A stretch of DNA of 64,000 bases from an uncultured Actinomycetes bacterium (lineage in GTDB: Bacteria; Actinomycetota; Thermoleophilia; RBG-16-64-13), in the NCBI GenBank assembly GCA_963706025.1, contig CAVPLM010000010.1:31959-95958 (forward strand), read 5' to 3'. The notes below the pieces were generated by a model that did not search any database, had not been told where the DNA came from, and saw nothing but the letters and a program-made list of their open reading frames with translations. This document shows positions 8,988 to 19,574 of this stretch, one piece after another (position 1 is the stretch's first letter; each line of letters starts with the position of its first letter). Made by a program: the position numbers and the translations under genes.

Positions 8988-9416
8988 GTGGCCGAGCAGA
9001 CCATCAGCGACCGGGTCGGCAGATTGATCGCGGGCGACAGGCTCCTCGCGTTGTTCGGGATGGAGGTGGAAGAAGCTGGGGGGGACCACGCCCGGGTCTC
9101 GGCTGTGGTGACGGACCAGTTCTTGCAGGTCCACGGGTTGGCGCACGGCGCGTTCGTCTTTGCTCTCCTCGATGTGGCCTTCGCCCTCACCGTCAATGCG
9201 AAGGTCGACGCGGTGGCGGTGCAGTGGAGCATCAGTCAGTTCCGCTCTGCCGGCCTCGGCGAAAAGGTCACCGCCGAATGTCGCCTGCTTCACGGGGGGC
9301 GCCGCCTGATGGTGGTGGAACTAGTGGCATCTGGGGCCGAGGGAAAGGTGCTGGCTAAGGGCCAGGCAACCGCGATCCCGGTGGGAGAGAGCCCCCCACG
9401 GCAAAGAAACTGCTAG
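8988..9416 (+). CDS. PaaI-family hotdog-fold thioesterase
   Basis: HGLAHGAFVFALLDVAFA motif; GGAGG RBS. Confidence 0.88.
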   Translation: MAEQTISDRVGRLIAGDRLLALFGMEVEEAGGDHARVSAVVTDQFLQVHGLAHGAFVFALLDVAFALTVNAKVDAVAVQWSISQFRSAGLGEKVTAECRLLHGGRRLMVVELVASGAEGKVLAKGQATAIPVGESPPRQRNC

Positions 9417-9483
9417 GCCGGAGGGGCCGGGCCCGCGCCGGCTATAGGGGCCGCGCCGGCGCCCTTGTGCGTCCGACGCCGCC

Positions 9484-10997
9484 CTAGGACGCGGCTGGGC
9501 CCGCCCCCAGCACACCCGGCGCCTGTCTGATCAGGCGCACCTTCTCTGCCGCCAACCGCGGGGACAGTCCGACCGCATATATCTCGGGGTTCCGCAGACG
9601 TCTGATCTCCTCGGGCAGCGCGCCCACCTGGGCGCGCGCCCGGGCCCGGATCTCATCGAGCGAAGGCCGGTGGTCCAGGCGGGCGCCGTCGATCATCACA
9701 GGCTGCAACAGCGGTTCGCAGCGGGTTGCATCCCATACGGCCCTGAGGAACGACAGGTCGTGCCGCTCGGCGAAAGGTACCGGTGGGTAGGCCTGCCCGG
9801 GGTCTATGGAATCGGGTACCTCGTCGTCCAGGCGGATGAGGTCGGCCAGAGGGCGGTCCGCGCCGTCGTAGTAGCGTACGAGCCGCTTGCGGCCGGGGTC
9901 GGTCATCTTCGCAGGATTCGACGACAGCTTGATGCGGGGCTCCCAGGCGCCCTCGCCCGGTTGCGACCGCCACCAGCTTGTAGACTCCGCCCAGGGCCGG
10001 ATGGTCGGACGAGGTGATGAGGTGCGTCCCTACTCCCCAGGAGTTGATGGGCGCCCCTTGCCGCTTGAGATCGGCGATGAGGTCCTCGTCCAGCTCGTTC
10101 GAGGCCACGATGAGCGGGTCATCGAACCCGGCCTCGGCGAACATCCTCCGGGCTGCCTTGCTGAGCCGGGCGAGGTCGCCGGAGTCGAGTCGGACCGCTG
10201 CGCGCACCGGCCGGCCGGCTGCGCGCAGCTCCTTGAACACGGTGACCGCGTTGGGCAACCCCGAGGTCAGCGTGTCGTAGGTGTCGACGAGCAGGATGGG
10301 GTCGGGATAGCAGGCCGCATAGGTGCGGAAGGCCTCGAGCTCGTCCTCGAAACTCATCACCCAGGAGTGGGCATGCGTGCCCTGTATCGGGATGCCGAAG
10401 ACCTTGCCGGCGAGCACGTTAGACGTGCTGTCGGCGCCACCGACGTATGCGGCCCGGGAGCCGCTCAGCCCGCCGTCGGGCCCCTGGGCCCGGCGCAGGC
10501 CGAACTCCACCAGGTTGTCGTTCGCCACAGGCCAGCCGGATGCGCGCCGCCTTGGTGGCGATCAGGGTCTGGTAGTTGAGCGTGTTGAGTACCGCGGTCT
10601 CCAGCAACTGAGCCTCGATCAGGGGCCCCTCCACCTGCAGGATGGGCTCGTGCGGGAAGACGACCGTACCCTCGGGCACGGCCTCGATGCTGCAGCGCGA
10701 CCGGAAGGTGCGCAGATAGTCGATAAAGGCCTGGTCGAAGACTCCCAGCCCGGAAAGGTAGCTCAGGTCCTGTTCGGTGAAACGGAGGCCCTCCACCAGA
10801 TCGAGCAGTTGCTCCAATCCCGCGGTGATGGCGAAACCGTTGTGAGGGGGAAGGTCGCGGAACGAGTAGTTGAAGCAGGCGGTCAGGTCCTTGCGGCCGC
10901 TCTTCCAGTAGCCCCCCATCATGGTGAGCTGGTAGAAGTCGGTCAGCAGAGCCAGGTTCTCGCGCCGGGCCCAGCGTTGGGAGACGTCGCGCTCCAT
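9484..10997 (-). CDS. pncB: Nicotinate phosphoribosyltransferase (split over three frames)
   Basis: [51 protein letters not shown] motifs in consecutive ORF pieces. Confidence 0.92.
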
Positions 10998-11036
10998 CAG
11001 TGGTCGCGCTCCATCAGTGGTCGAGCTCCATCAGTG
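10986..11036. repeat. Three tandem 17-bp units at the pncA-pncB junction
   Basis: GTCG(C/A)GCTCCATCAGTG at 10986, 11003, 11020. Confidence 0.9.
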
Positions 11037-11690
11037 ATGCTCCACTGGGTTTCCATCCTCGTCGTAGTCGGCCGGCGGCCGCTCGCCCGAGTCCTCCAGT
11101 TGGTCCGACCTCACCCGTATCACTCCGGCCGCGTCCATGTCTGCCAGAGCTTGGGCGGTGGTCTCCGGGGCGACGCCGCGCACGGCGTCTTCCACCAGGT
11201 AGACGGTGAAGCCTGCGGCCCGCGCATCCAGCGCCGTCTCCCGTACGCAGTAGTCGGTGGCCAGACCGGTGATGAACACCCGCTCGACCTTGCGATGGCG
11301 GAGGAACCGGCCCAGGTCGAACCGGTCCACCTGGAAGGCGCTGTAGGCCTCGTGGAGGGCGTCGTCGGCCTTGCTGACCAGGATGGCGTTCATGGGCATC
11401 TCCAGACCGGCGCACCATTCCGCGCCCGGCGTTCCCTGCACGGCGTGTGGCGGCCAGGAGCCATCGCGGAACTCCGGTCGATCGGAGAAGCTGACGTGAT
11501 CGGCAGGGTGCCAGTCGCGGGTGTAGACCCAGCGGCCGAAAAGAGGGACGATGCGGTTGATCACGGGGATGACCTCGTCCCCTCCTGGGACCCCCAGGCT
11601 CCCGCCCGGGCAGAAATCCCGCTGCACGTCGGCCACGATAAGGGCGTCCCGGGCCCCGATGAGTATCCGTCCTTCCGCGCTCGCTTCCAC
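11031..11690 (-). CDS. pncA: Nicotinamidase/pyrazinamidase
   Basis: DVQRDFCPGGSLGV, TRDWHPADHVSF, WPPHAVQGT, GLATDYCV; GTG start with GAGGAG RBS. Confidence 0.92.
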   Translation of the reverse strand: MEASAEGRILIGARDALIVADVQRDFCPGGSLGVPGGDEVIPVINRIVPLFGRWVYTRDWHPADHVSFSDRPEFRDGSWPPHAVQGTPGAEWCAGLEMPMNAILVSKADDALHEAYSAFQVDRFDLGRFLRHRKVERVFITGLATDYCVRETALDARAAGFTVYLVEDAVRGVAPETTAQALADMDAAGVIRVRSDQLEDSGERPPADYDEDGNPVEHH

Positions 11691-11692
11691 CT

Positions 11693-12969
11693 TCAGCTCC
11701 TCAGTGCGTCCATGCCGGCGGGCAGATAGGGCCGCAGCGCGGCCGGGACCTCGATGCTTCCGTCCTCGGTCTGGTAGTTCTCCATGATGGCGATGATGGT
11801 GCGGCCGATCGCGACCACGGTCCCGTTGAGGGTGTGGAGCAGATACGGCCCGCCCTTGTCTCCCTTGGCCCGCACCTTCAGGCGTCGCGCCTGGTAGTCG
11901 GTGCAGTTGGAGCAGGAGGTCACCTCGCGGTAGCGCTCCTGGGTGGGCAGCCAGGCCTCCAGGTCGTACTTCTTGGCGGCCGGCGCGCCCAGGTCGCCGG
12001 CGGCGATGTTGACCGCCCGGTAGGGGAGCCCGAGCTCCTGCAGGATCTCCTCCTCGATGGAGCGCATGAAGTCGTGCTCTTCGCTCGATCTGTCGGGGGC
12101 GCAGAAGCTGAACATCTCCACCTTGTCGAACTGGTGCACCCGGAAGATGCCGCGGGTGTCCTTGCCGGCGGCCCCCGCCTCGCGCCGGAAGCAACTGGAG
12201 TAGCCCACGTAGCGCAGGGGAAGCTCGGCCTCGTCCAGGATCTCGTCCATGTGCAGAGCGGCCAGCGGGACCTCCGAGGTGCCCACCAGGTTCAGCCCGT
12301 CGGCCTCCACGCGGTAGACCTGCTGCATGTCGGTGGGGAAGAAGCCGGTGCCGTACATGGCCTCGTCGCGCACCAGCACCGGCACCACCACCGGCCGGAA
12401 GCCTTTGGAGGCAAGTTTCTGCAGGGCGAACTGCACCAGCGCGAACTGCAGGAACACCAGGTCGCCCTTGAGATAGGCGAAGCGGCTGCCCGAGGTACGG
12501 GCTCCGCGCTCCATGTCGATGAGGTCGCGGTCCAGAGCCAGGTCGAGGTGGTCCAGGGGGGGGAAGGCGAACTTCCGAGGAGTGCCCCAGTGGTGCATCA
12601 CCACCGAGTCTTCTTCGCCCCCGGCCGGGGCGGACGGTTCGGGCAGGTTGGGCACCTGGAGCAGCTCCTCCTCCAGCAAGGCTTCCACGTCCTTGAGCCT
12701 CGCCTCCAGGTCCTTGATCTCGTCGCCCACGACCCGCATGGCCTCGATCTTGGCCGTCGCGTCTTCGCTTGTTGCGCTTGGCGCGGGCGATCTCCTCGCT
12801 CACCGCGTTCCGCAGGCTGCGTCTCTCCTCCACCTCCACCAGGATCTCCCGGCGCCGGCGGTCGAGTTCCAGCAGCTCCTCCAGTGCGGCCTCGGCCTGG
12901 GCGCCGCGGCGGCGCAGCGCCTCGCGCACCGAGCTCGGGTTCGCTGCGGATGAGCTTGAGGTCGAGCAC
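11693..12969 (-). CDS. serS: Serine--tRNA ligase (frameshifted in 5' part)
   Basis: MLDLKLIR N-terminus; GTSEVPL, CFRREAG, FRVHQFDKVE, SCSNCTDYQARR, HTLNGT. Confidence 0.95.
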
Positions 12970-13009
12970 GAGCTCTCCTAGGGCAGGGTGATCAAGAGCG
13001 GAGCGAACG

Positions 13010-13959
13010 TCATGGCCGCGTCGACTGGCGGGGCGGCCGTCCCACCGGGTAGCTGCCCAGCACGGTCAGACGGGGCAGCTTGCAGCACAGGCAGCGCAGG
13101 GCGTCGGCCACCGGAGCGTCGTCCACCTTGCCCTCCATGTCGACGAGGAAGATGTAGTCGCCCAACCTCCGCTTCGAAGGCCGGGATTCGATCTTGGTCA
13201 GGTTGATGTGGCGGAAAGCGAACTCCTGCAGGATCAGAAGCAGCGCGCCCGGCTGGTCCTTGATGATCTCGCACACCACCGAGGTCTTGTAGGGCTCGAA
13301 CCAATCCTGGCGCTCTCGCTGCCGGGCCAGGAACACGAAGCGGGTCTCGTTGTCATTATGATCTTCGATATCGGCCTCGAGCACCGCGCAACCGTACCGT
13401 TTACCCGCCAGCTGGTTGCCGATGGCCGCCCAGGGCTCCTGCGAAGACGCGACCCGCTCGACCGCGTTGGCGGTGGAGTTGGCGGCTTCGACCTCCCGAC
13501 CGGGCAGGTTGCGGCGCAGCCAACCGCGGCACTGGGCATTGGCGTGCGGGTGTGAGAACACCTTGGTGATCTGGTCGAGGGTCACCCCGGGGCGAGCCAG
13601 GAGGCTGTGGCGGATCGGGTGCCGTACCTCTCGGACGATCTGCAGGTTGTCGATCTCGTGAGCCAGGATGTCGACCGTCGCCGAAACCGAGCCCTCTATG
13701 GAGTTCTCGATGGGGACGATGGCGCAATCGACCTCGCCGGTCGACACCGCCTCGATGGTGTCCTGCATGGTGGGAAGGGCACGAACTCCCGGTTGCGGCC
13801 TTCGGGCTCTTCCTCGCCCAGGGTGGCCCGAAGCGCCTCCTCCGTGAAAGTGCCGCCTGGCCCCAGGAAGCCGAGTGTCGACGCGGCCAGGGGGAGCGGC
13901 TCGCTCAGGGACGATACCGGCCAGCGGGCAAGATCACGACCGGCGGGTTCACAGCTCAC
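13010..13959 (-). CDS. pheA: Prephenate dehydratase (one frameshift)
   Basis: FLGPGGTFTEEA, VPIENSIEGSV, NETRFVFL, NLTKIESRP ACT domain. Confidence 0.92.
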
Positions 13960-14789
13960 GGTCGTCCACCTCTCCCTGGGAGCCGGCGTACATCGGCCCC
14001 GTTGTCGGCCCCGAGCCGGGCGGCTTTCTGCTCCTCGAGGAACTGGTCTGCCAGGGTCGCGCCTGCCGGAGTCGGGGTCTGGGGTTCCTCCCATCCCTTG
14101 GCCGACGGTACCACCACCTCTTCCACCGGGGGCAGGCCCTGGCGCTTGCGCCTGCGGTTCTCTCTCGCGACCTCCCTATCGTTCTGGGGGCGGCGGCCCG
14201 GGATACCCACCGACACGGGCACTTCCTCCGCCTCCAAGTCCGCACCCTTGTCGGTGCCCAGGCTGTTGGCGAGGCCGCCTTCCACCCGGGGCCGGATGGT
14301 GAAGGGACCGCTGCCGCGTGCCTGCTCCACCGCCTCGCTCTCCTCCGGCGCCAAAGGTATGTCGGGACCCCCTTCTTTGAGGAGCTTCACGTACATGCGG
14401 GCGAAATCACGACTGACCACGGTCGTGATGACCACGCCGTCCCCTTGGCTGTTGAGGAGGGCCACCGCGGTGCTTTGCCTGCCGCCCAGGTCCTGATAGG
14501 CATCGAAGCGCACTATGCCCACCCGAGAGAAGGAACTGTCCAAGCGCACGTCGTGATCCCGGACTGCCAGGGTGAGGTCCTCCAGGGCGACGCGCATGTT
14601 TACGAGCTTCTCGTCCAGGGTCGTCACGTGCTCGACGATATCGACCGTCCCTCGGGAGCCCATGATCACATGCTGATTGTGCTGATAGCGCTGGAGGCGT
14701 CTATAGACCAGCGCCAGCCCGACTCCGGCGGCCGCGGCGATAACTATGGCCACGATGGCGACGATCTCGAATGCCTGCTCTGCGCTCAT
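13956..14789 (-). CDS. DUF4446-like membrane-anchored protein
   Basis: N-terminal TM; VGIVRFDAYQDLGGRQSTAVALLNSQGDGVV...YVK...L.PEE motif. Confidence 0.78.
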   Translation of the reverse strand: MSAEQAFEIVAIVAIVIAAAAGVGLALVYRRLQRYQHNQHVIMGSRGTVDIVEHVTTLDEKLVNMRVALEDLTLAVRDHDVRLDSSFSRVGIVRFDAYQDLGGRQSTAVALLNSQGDGVVITTVVSRDFARMYVKLLKEGGPDIPLAPEESEAVEQARGSGPFTIRPRVEGGLANSLGTDKGADLEAEEVPVSVGIPGRRPQNDREVARENRRRKRQGLPPVEEVVVPSAKGWEEPQTPTPAGATLADQFLEEQKAARLGADNGADVRRLPGRGGRP

Positions 14790-14798
14790 TCCAGACCC

Positions 14799-15880
14799 CT
14801 AGAGTGTGAAGATGACGTCGGCCTCTATCCAGTTGTTGTCCTTATACTTCTCGTCCTTGACCGGTCCTACCTCCACCCTTAACAGGGCTACCTCGCCATA
14901 GGCCGTGGGATTCAGGCCCTCGACGGTGATCGTCTGGTCCTCTTTGGGTTTCAGCTCGGGGATCTCGACCGTGACTTTCTGGGGTTCTGTAGAATCGGCG
15001 GAAAGGAGAGTGACGACGACCGGCACGTTCTTCTCTGCCATGTTCCCCTGGTTCTCGACGGTAACCTGGAAGGCCAGCTCGTCACTGGACTGGAGGTTGT
15101 AGGTGTCGCCGCTGACGATCTCCTTCTCATCGGGCATGGCCACCAGTCTTGACAGAGCCACTCCGTGGACGGCCTGGAGGTTACCCGTGCTCTTCAGTTT
15201 GGCAAGGATCTGCTGGACCTGAGATTTAGAGGCGATATCCGGGTCGGGAAGGAACTCAGTGTCGGGGACGATGACCCCGGTAAGCTGCTTTTCCTTGAGG
15301 ATCTCGGTGGCCTTGGGCATGAAGACCTCCCTGTAAAGGAAGTCCGAGTTGGTCAGATAGTAGAGCGAGCGGGAAATCTGCTCGGACGACACCTCTGTGT
15401 CCTGCACCTCGAGAGCGTTCATGAGGGAAGGCTTGAGATCCGTCAGCCCCGTGTGGCGGAACGCCATGACCATCACGAAGAACTGGTGGATGTTCTGTTC
15501 GATGAACGCGTTCGGAGCCTCAAGGGCTTTGGCTTCCAGCTTCAACCTCTCCGACGTGGCGAGGTATTGGTCGAGCTGGGTCTGGATCTCGGCGCGGGTG
15601 GTGTCACCTGGGTCGGTGAGCAGGCCGGCCAATTCGGCACCCAACGCGTCCGATTGCTCGAGGATGTCGGCCACTCCGCTCATGTAGCGCTGGTAGTCGG
15701 CGGCTTCATCGCCACCCATGACGCTCCGGACCACGACGACGATGACCACCACCACGATGATGATGCCTGCCAGCAGCAGGATCAGTCGGAGCAGAGGCTT
15801 GGGCAGGAGCTTGCAACTGCCGCCGTTTCTGCTCTCCCGTGGCTATCGGCTAGAGTGTCGTCCTTGTCCAGATCGGTCAT
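14799..15880 (-). CDS. Membrane-anchored hypothetical protein with C-terminal CARDB-like Ig domain (probable 5' frameshift)
   Basis: Long hydrophobic anchor; FQVTVENQG...E...DNN C-terminal motif. Confidence 0.7.
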
Positions 15881-15903
15881 ACGCAGTGGCAACGCGAGAA
15901 TGA

Positions 15904-15990
15904 TGGTGGGCGAGGGGGGACTTGAACCCCCATGAGCGTAAGCTCACTAGACCCTGAACCTAGCGCGTCTGCCAATTCCGCCACTCGCCC
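15904..15990 (-). tRNA. tRNA-Leu(CAG), CCA encoded
   Basis: GGGCGAGTGGCGGAATTGGCAGACGCGCTAGG-TTCAGGG-TCTAG...GGTTCAAGTCCCCCCTCGCCCACCA; extended -10 TGTTATACT upstream. Confidence 0.95.
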
Positions 15991-16031
15991 GGAGTGCGCA
16001 CGAGTATAACATAGCCCCCCGTGACGCCTAT

Positions 16032-16268
16032 CCTTACGGTGAGTGAGCCCCGGGGCGGGCGTGTCTCTTCCGGCTGCGCGCGGAGCCCCCGAGCCCAACC
16101 GCTCCTATCAGCAAGCTCTCGGGGGCCGGGTATCTGCTCCGGCTGCGCGCAAAAGCCTGCGCGACTCCTCCCCCAGACACCCGGCCCCCGAGAGGTCCCT
16201 GACTATCAGTCGGGCTCGGGGGCCCCACGCGGACCATGAGGTGCGCCCGCCCCGGGGCCCCTTACGGT
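16032..16268. repeat. ~212-bp nested-palindrome (rod) element flanked by 9-bp direct repeat CCTTACGGT
   Basis: Perfect stems 16047-61/16244-58, 16085-96/16212-23, 16116-31/16179-94, 16146-51/16158-63; direct repeats at 16032 and 16260. Confidence 0.8.
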
Positions 16269-16382
16269 CAGGTCCGGCATTGCAGGGCGCTCTCTTATGA
16301 TGAGAAGGTTTGGAATAGGTGGGCTGATGTCCGTTCGCGGGGCAGTCGCGCCCGGCGCCCCGCCGCCCCACCCTTCGGTCAG

Positions 16383-16447
16383 TGCGCTGATACCCGTTCG
16401 TGGAAGGGTCGCACCCGCGCAGCTGGAAGCGAACGGGTATCAGCGCA
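16383..16447. repeat. Perfect 18-bp inverted repeat with 29-nt spacer
   Basis: TGCGCTGATACCCGTTCG / CGAACGGGTATCAGCGCA. Confidence 0.85.
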
Positions 16448-16469
16448 GCCCTGACGATATACTGGGGCC

Positions 16470-18170
16470 ATGGCCGACACGCCTCTCCTCCACGATCGCT
16501 ACCGGATCGTCCGCAAGCTGGGCAGTGGGGCGTTCGCCACCGTGTATCTGGCCGACGACCTGCACATGGGGCGGCCGGTCGCCATCAAGATCGTGGAGCA
16601 GACCGTCGACGTCGACGACCGGGTGCTGCGGGAGGCCCAGGCGGCGGCCAAGCTCAGCCACCACCACATCCTCACCGTTTACGAGATGGTCCGCGAGCCC
16701 GAGAGGACGCTGCTCTTCACCGAGTACATCCAGGGCAACACCCTTCGCGAGCACTATCGGGACCAGACTTTGAGCGATCCCGAGATCCTGGAAGCCGGCA
16801 TCCAGCTGTGCCGCGCCCTGGAGCACGCCCACAAGCGGGGCGTGGTGCACCGCGACATCAAGCCGGAGAACATCATGCTGGTCGAGGGAGCGGCCGTCGA
16901 CGTGCGGCTGATGGACTTCGGGGTCGCACAACTGGAGGATCGGGCCTCCGATCACCCTGGACGGCGACCTGGTGGGGACCCTGGCCTACATGTCGCCGGA
17001 GCAGAGGGAGGGCAGGAACGTCGATTCCCGCAGCGACGTCTACTCGCTGGCCCTGACCCTCTACGAAGGTTTCACCCGGAGGAACCCATTAAAGGGCAAG
17101 AAGCTTCAGGATCTCCTTCGCGACGTTTCCCGCCCGGAGATCCCTCCTCTCTCCGTCAATCGTCCGGATCTGCCCCTCGCCTTGAGCGATGCCCTGGGAC
17201 GGGCCATGGCCCACGACCGTTACGCTCGTCCCGACGCGGAGGCCTTCGGGCGGCTCTTGACTCAAGCGGCCAAGCAGATGCCGGAAGAGGTCCCGGACGA
17301 GCGCTTGGCCACCCGGGTTCGAGAGCGGCTCGCCCCGTCCAGATTGGACCGGGACCGGGTCGTCTATCTGGGTCAGCACGTGGCGGCCGGCGGTCTTCGC
17401 GCTCTGCTGTCTCCTGTACCTGCTGCCGCGGGCACCCTTCTATCCGCAGGTGGCGATCAGCCCCGCTGATCGCCGTGCCGGCCTTCGTGGCTCTGATCTG
17501 GCCGTTCGGAGGCGCGATGCTCACGTTGGCGCTGCTGGCGCCCCCGATCTTCGCGTTCGGCGCCGGCTGGGGGGTGATCTACGTGGTGCCGGCTGCGGTG
17601 ACGCTGGGCCTACTTCGCTGGAGGCGGCTGGAGTGGGCGGCCCTGCTCCCGGGGGTCATGCCCTTCGCCGTGATGGGGTGGGTGGGACTGGCCGTGCTGC
17701 CTCTGGCCGGCGCACTGGTCCGCCGCTGGGGAGCGTTGGTGGGGTTCATGAGCGGACTGGTGCTGGTGGTCGCCGGGGGGCTGGCCGGCTGGGAGACGCT
17801 GCCCTATACGTTCAATCCGAGTCCGGGCACGCCGCTCATGGCGGCCGAGCACGCGACCTCTCCCTGGACGGTGCTGACGGAGATCGCCCGGTTCCTGGAT
17901 TCCCGGCCGGAACTGACGCTGCAGATCCTTCTGTTCACCGTGTTCGCGTTGCCTCTGTACGTCCTTGCCGGTGGGCGCTCCCGGGAGCGGCGGATGTGGG
18001 GAGCAAGTGCGTATCTCAGCGTTCTTCTCGCGGGCTTCGTGCTTCTTCCCATCCTGCTTCTCGGGGTGCCGGTGGCGTTGGGCCCGTTCCTGGTGGCGTT
18101 TGTGCCGTGCGCTATAATCGCGTTTCTGTCCGCTCTTCTCATCTCGTCCGAGGGTATGGAGACCCTGTAG
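16470..18170 (+). CDS. Ser/Thr protein kinase with multi-TM C-terminal domain (internal frameshifts)
   Basis: LGSGAFATV, VAIK, HRDIKPEN, DFG; GTLAYMSPE in alternative frame 16972-17469; many hydrophobic helices. Confidence 0.88.
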   Translation: MADTPLLHDRYRIVRKLGSGAFATVYLADDLHMGRPVAIKIVEQTVDVDDRVLREAQAAAKLSHHHILTVYEMVREPERTLLFTEYIQGNTLREHYRDQTLSDPEILEAGIQLCRALEHAHKRGVVHRDIKPENIMLVEGAAVDVRLMDFGVAQLEDRASDHPGRRPGGDPGLHVAGAEGGQERRFPQRRLLAGPDPLRRFHPEEPIKGQEASGSPSRRFPPGDPSSLRQSSGSAPRLERCPGTGHGPRPLRSSRRGGLRAALDSSGQADAGRGPGRALGHPGSRAARPVQIGPGPGRLSGSARGGRRSSRSAVSCTCCRGHPSIRRWRSAPLIAVPAFVALIWPFGGAMLTLALLAPPIFAFGAGWGVIYVVPAAVTLGLLRWRRLEWAALLPGVMPFAVMGWVGLAVLPLAGALVRRWGALVGFMSGLVLVVAGGLAGWETLPYTFNPSPGTPLMAAEHATSPWTVLTEIARFLDSRPELTLQILLFTVFALPLYVLAGGRSRERRMWGASAYLSVLLAGFVLLPILLLGVPVALGPFLVAFVPCAIIAFLSALLISSEGMETL

Positions 18171-18175
18171 GAGGT

Positions 18176-19028
18176 ATGTCTATGGGATTGATGCGGAGGG
18201 TCGAGTCGCGTATCGAGGGCGCGGTGGGCGCGGGGCCGAAAGACGGCCCCTCGAGCGAACCTCCGGACGCCCCCTCCAAGAAGGAATCCAGACTGCACGT
18301 GCAGCCGGATGAGCTGGCTCGCACACTCGTCAAGGAGATGGAAGCCCGAAAGGTCACGTGGTCGTCGGGAACCTCGGTGCCCAACCGTTACACGGTCTAT
18401 CTCTGCCCGGAGGATCACGACCGGCTCGAAAGTCGGCAGGATCAGATCGAGGCCAAGCTCGAGCGTCACCTGGTGAAGCACGCGCATTCCAAGAGATACG
18501 AAGTGCATGGATGAGATCAGGGTGTCACTCGAGCTCGATCCCGATCTCAAGTTGGGCCACTTCGGCCTGCTGGCCCAGCGGTCCGGTGCGGAGAGCGTTG
18601 CCGGGCCGACGGCCGCCATGCCGGCGGTCGCGGCGCCGGCCGCCGTCGCGCCGGTCATGGACCGAATGGCCTCCGTCGGGCCGGCGAATCCTGCCGGCGG
18701 AGGAACCGAGGTCATCCGTGCGGCGGAGGCGGCGGAACACGGCTTGGTCCGGCAGACGATCGTCCTGAAAGCGGGGAGCCGCGTGCGCGAGTTCGATCAC
18801 GGGCGGGTCATCGTGGGCAGGGCCAAAGACGTCGATTTCAGGGTCGACGACCCAAACGTCTCTCGCCGGCACGCCGCCATCTACTGGGCGGACGGCAGTC
18901 TCATGGTAACGGATCTCGATTCGACCAATGGGACGATGGTGAACGGGTATCCGGTGAAGAGCAGCGTGCTCGGTCCGGACGACGTGGTGACCGTCGGGGA
19001 CTGCAGGATCACGGTGGAGACGAGATAG
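18176..19028 (+). CDS. fhaA: FhaA-like protein (DUF3662 + FHA), frameshifted
   Basis: AGGAGG RBS; VQPDELARTLVKEME...VPNRYTVYL; FHA GR...DPNVSRRHA...DLDSTNGT. Confidence 0.85.
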
Positions 19029-19065
19029 CACCTGGAAGCCGGGAGATGATCCGGGAGATGGGGCA

Positions 19066-19574
19066 ATGCTGCAGATAGTACTGCTGGCCGGGAAGTTCGT
19101 CTTTCTGGTCGTTCTCTACCTGTTCGTCTACAGGGTGATCCGCTCCGCCAGCCGCGAGTTGCGCGCGACCGGCCCGGTCGGCGGCGGGCAGCCGTGGTCC
19201 TCCGAGCTCGACATGCCTGTCGTAGCGGGGGGAGTAGCGGCTTCCGGCGGCGTTCCCCCCGCGCGGGGAGCGGCGTATGGACCCTCGTGGTGCAGAAGAG
19301 CCCCTATCTGCCGGCGGGGGAGGCCTACTCCTTCCCTGTGGGAGCGCACGCCCTGGCCGGGCGTTCTTCCGACATGGACATCTACCTCGAAGACACCTTC
19401 GTCTCGTCCAAGCACGCGCTTTTCGAAGCGGCTGCGGACGGCTTCAAGGTGGAGGACCTGCGCAGCACCAATGGGACTCAGGTGAACGGCTCCGATATCT
19501 CCGGTCCTCGGCAGCTGGGCGCCGGTGACCGGGTGGAGGTGGGCGACACCGTCTTCCAGGTGGAGGTGCGGTGA
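19066..19574 (+). CDS. fhaB: FhaB-like membrane-anchored FHA protein, frameshifted
   Basis: N-terminal TM; GR...DTFVSSKHA...DLRSTNGT. Confidence 0.82.

Noticed and set aside
11031-12929. 632-aa ORF suggesting a SerS-PncA fusion
   Set aside because: Artefact: a short serS segment, then out-of-frame read-through into pncA, which has its own RBS and GTG at 11690
16262-16290. GGTCAGGTCCGG resembling the SRP RNA domain IV
   Set aside because: Lacks the following GNRA loop/AGCAG motif and the pairing strand
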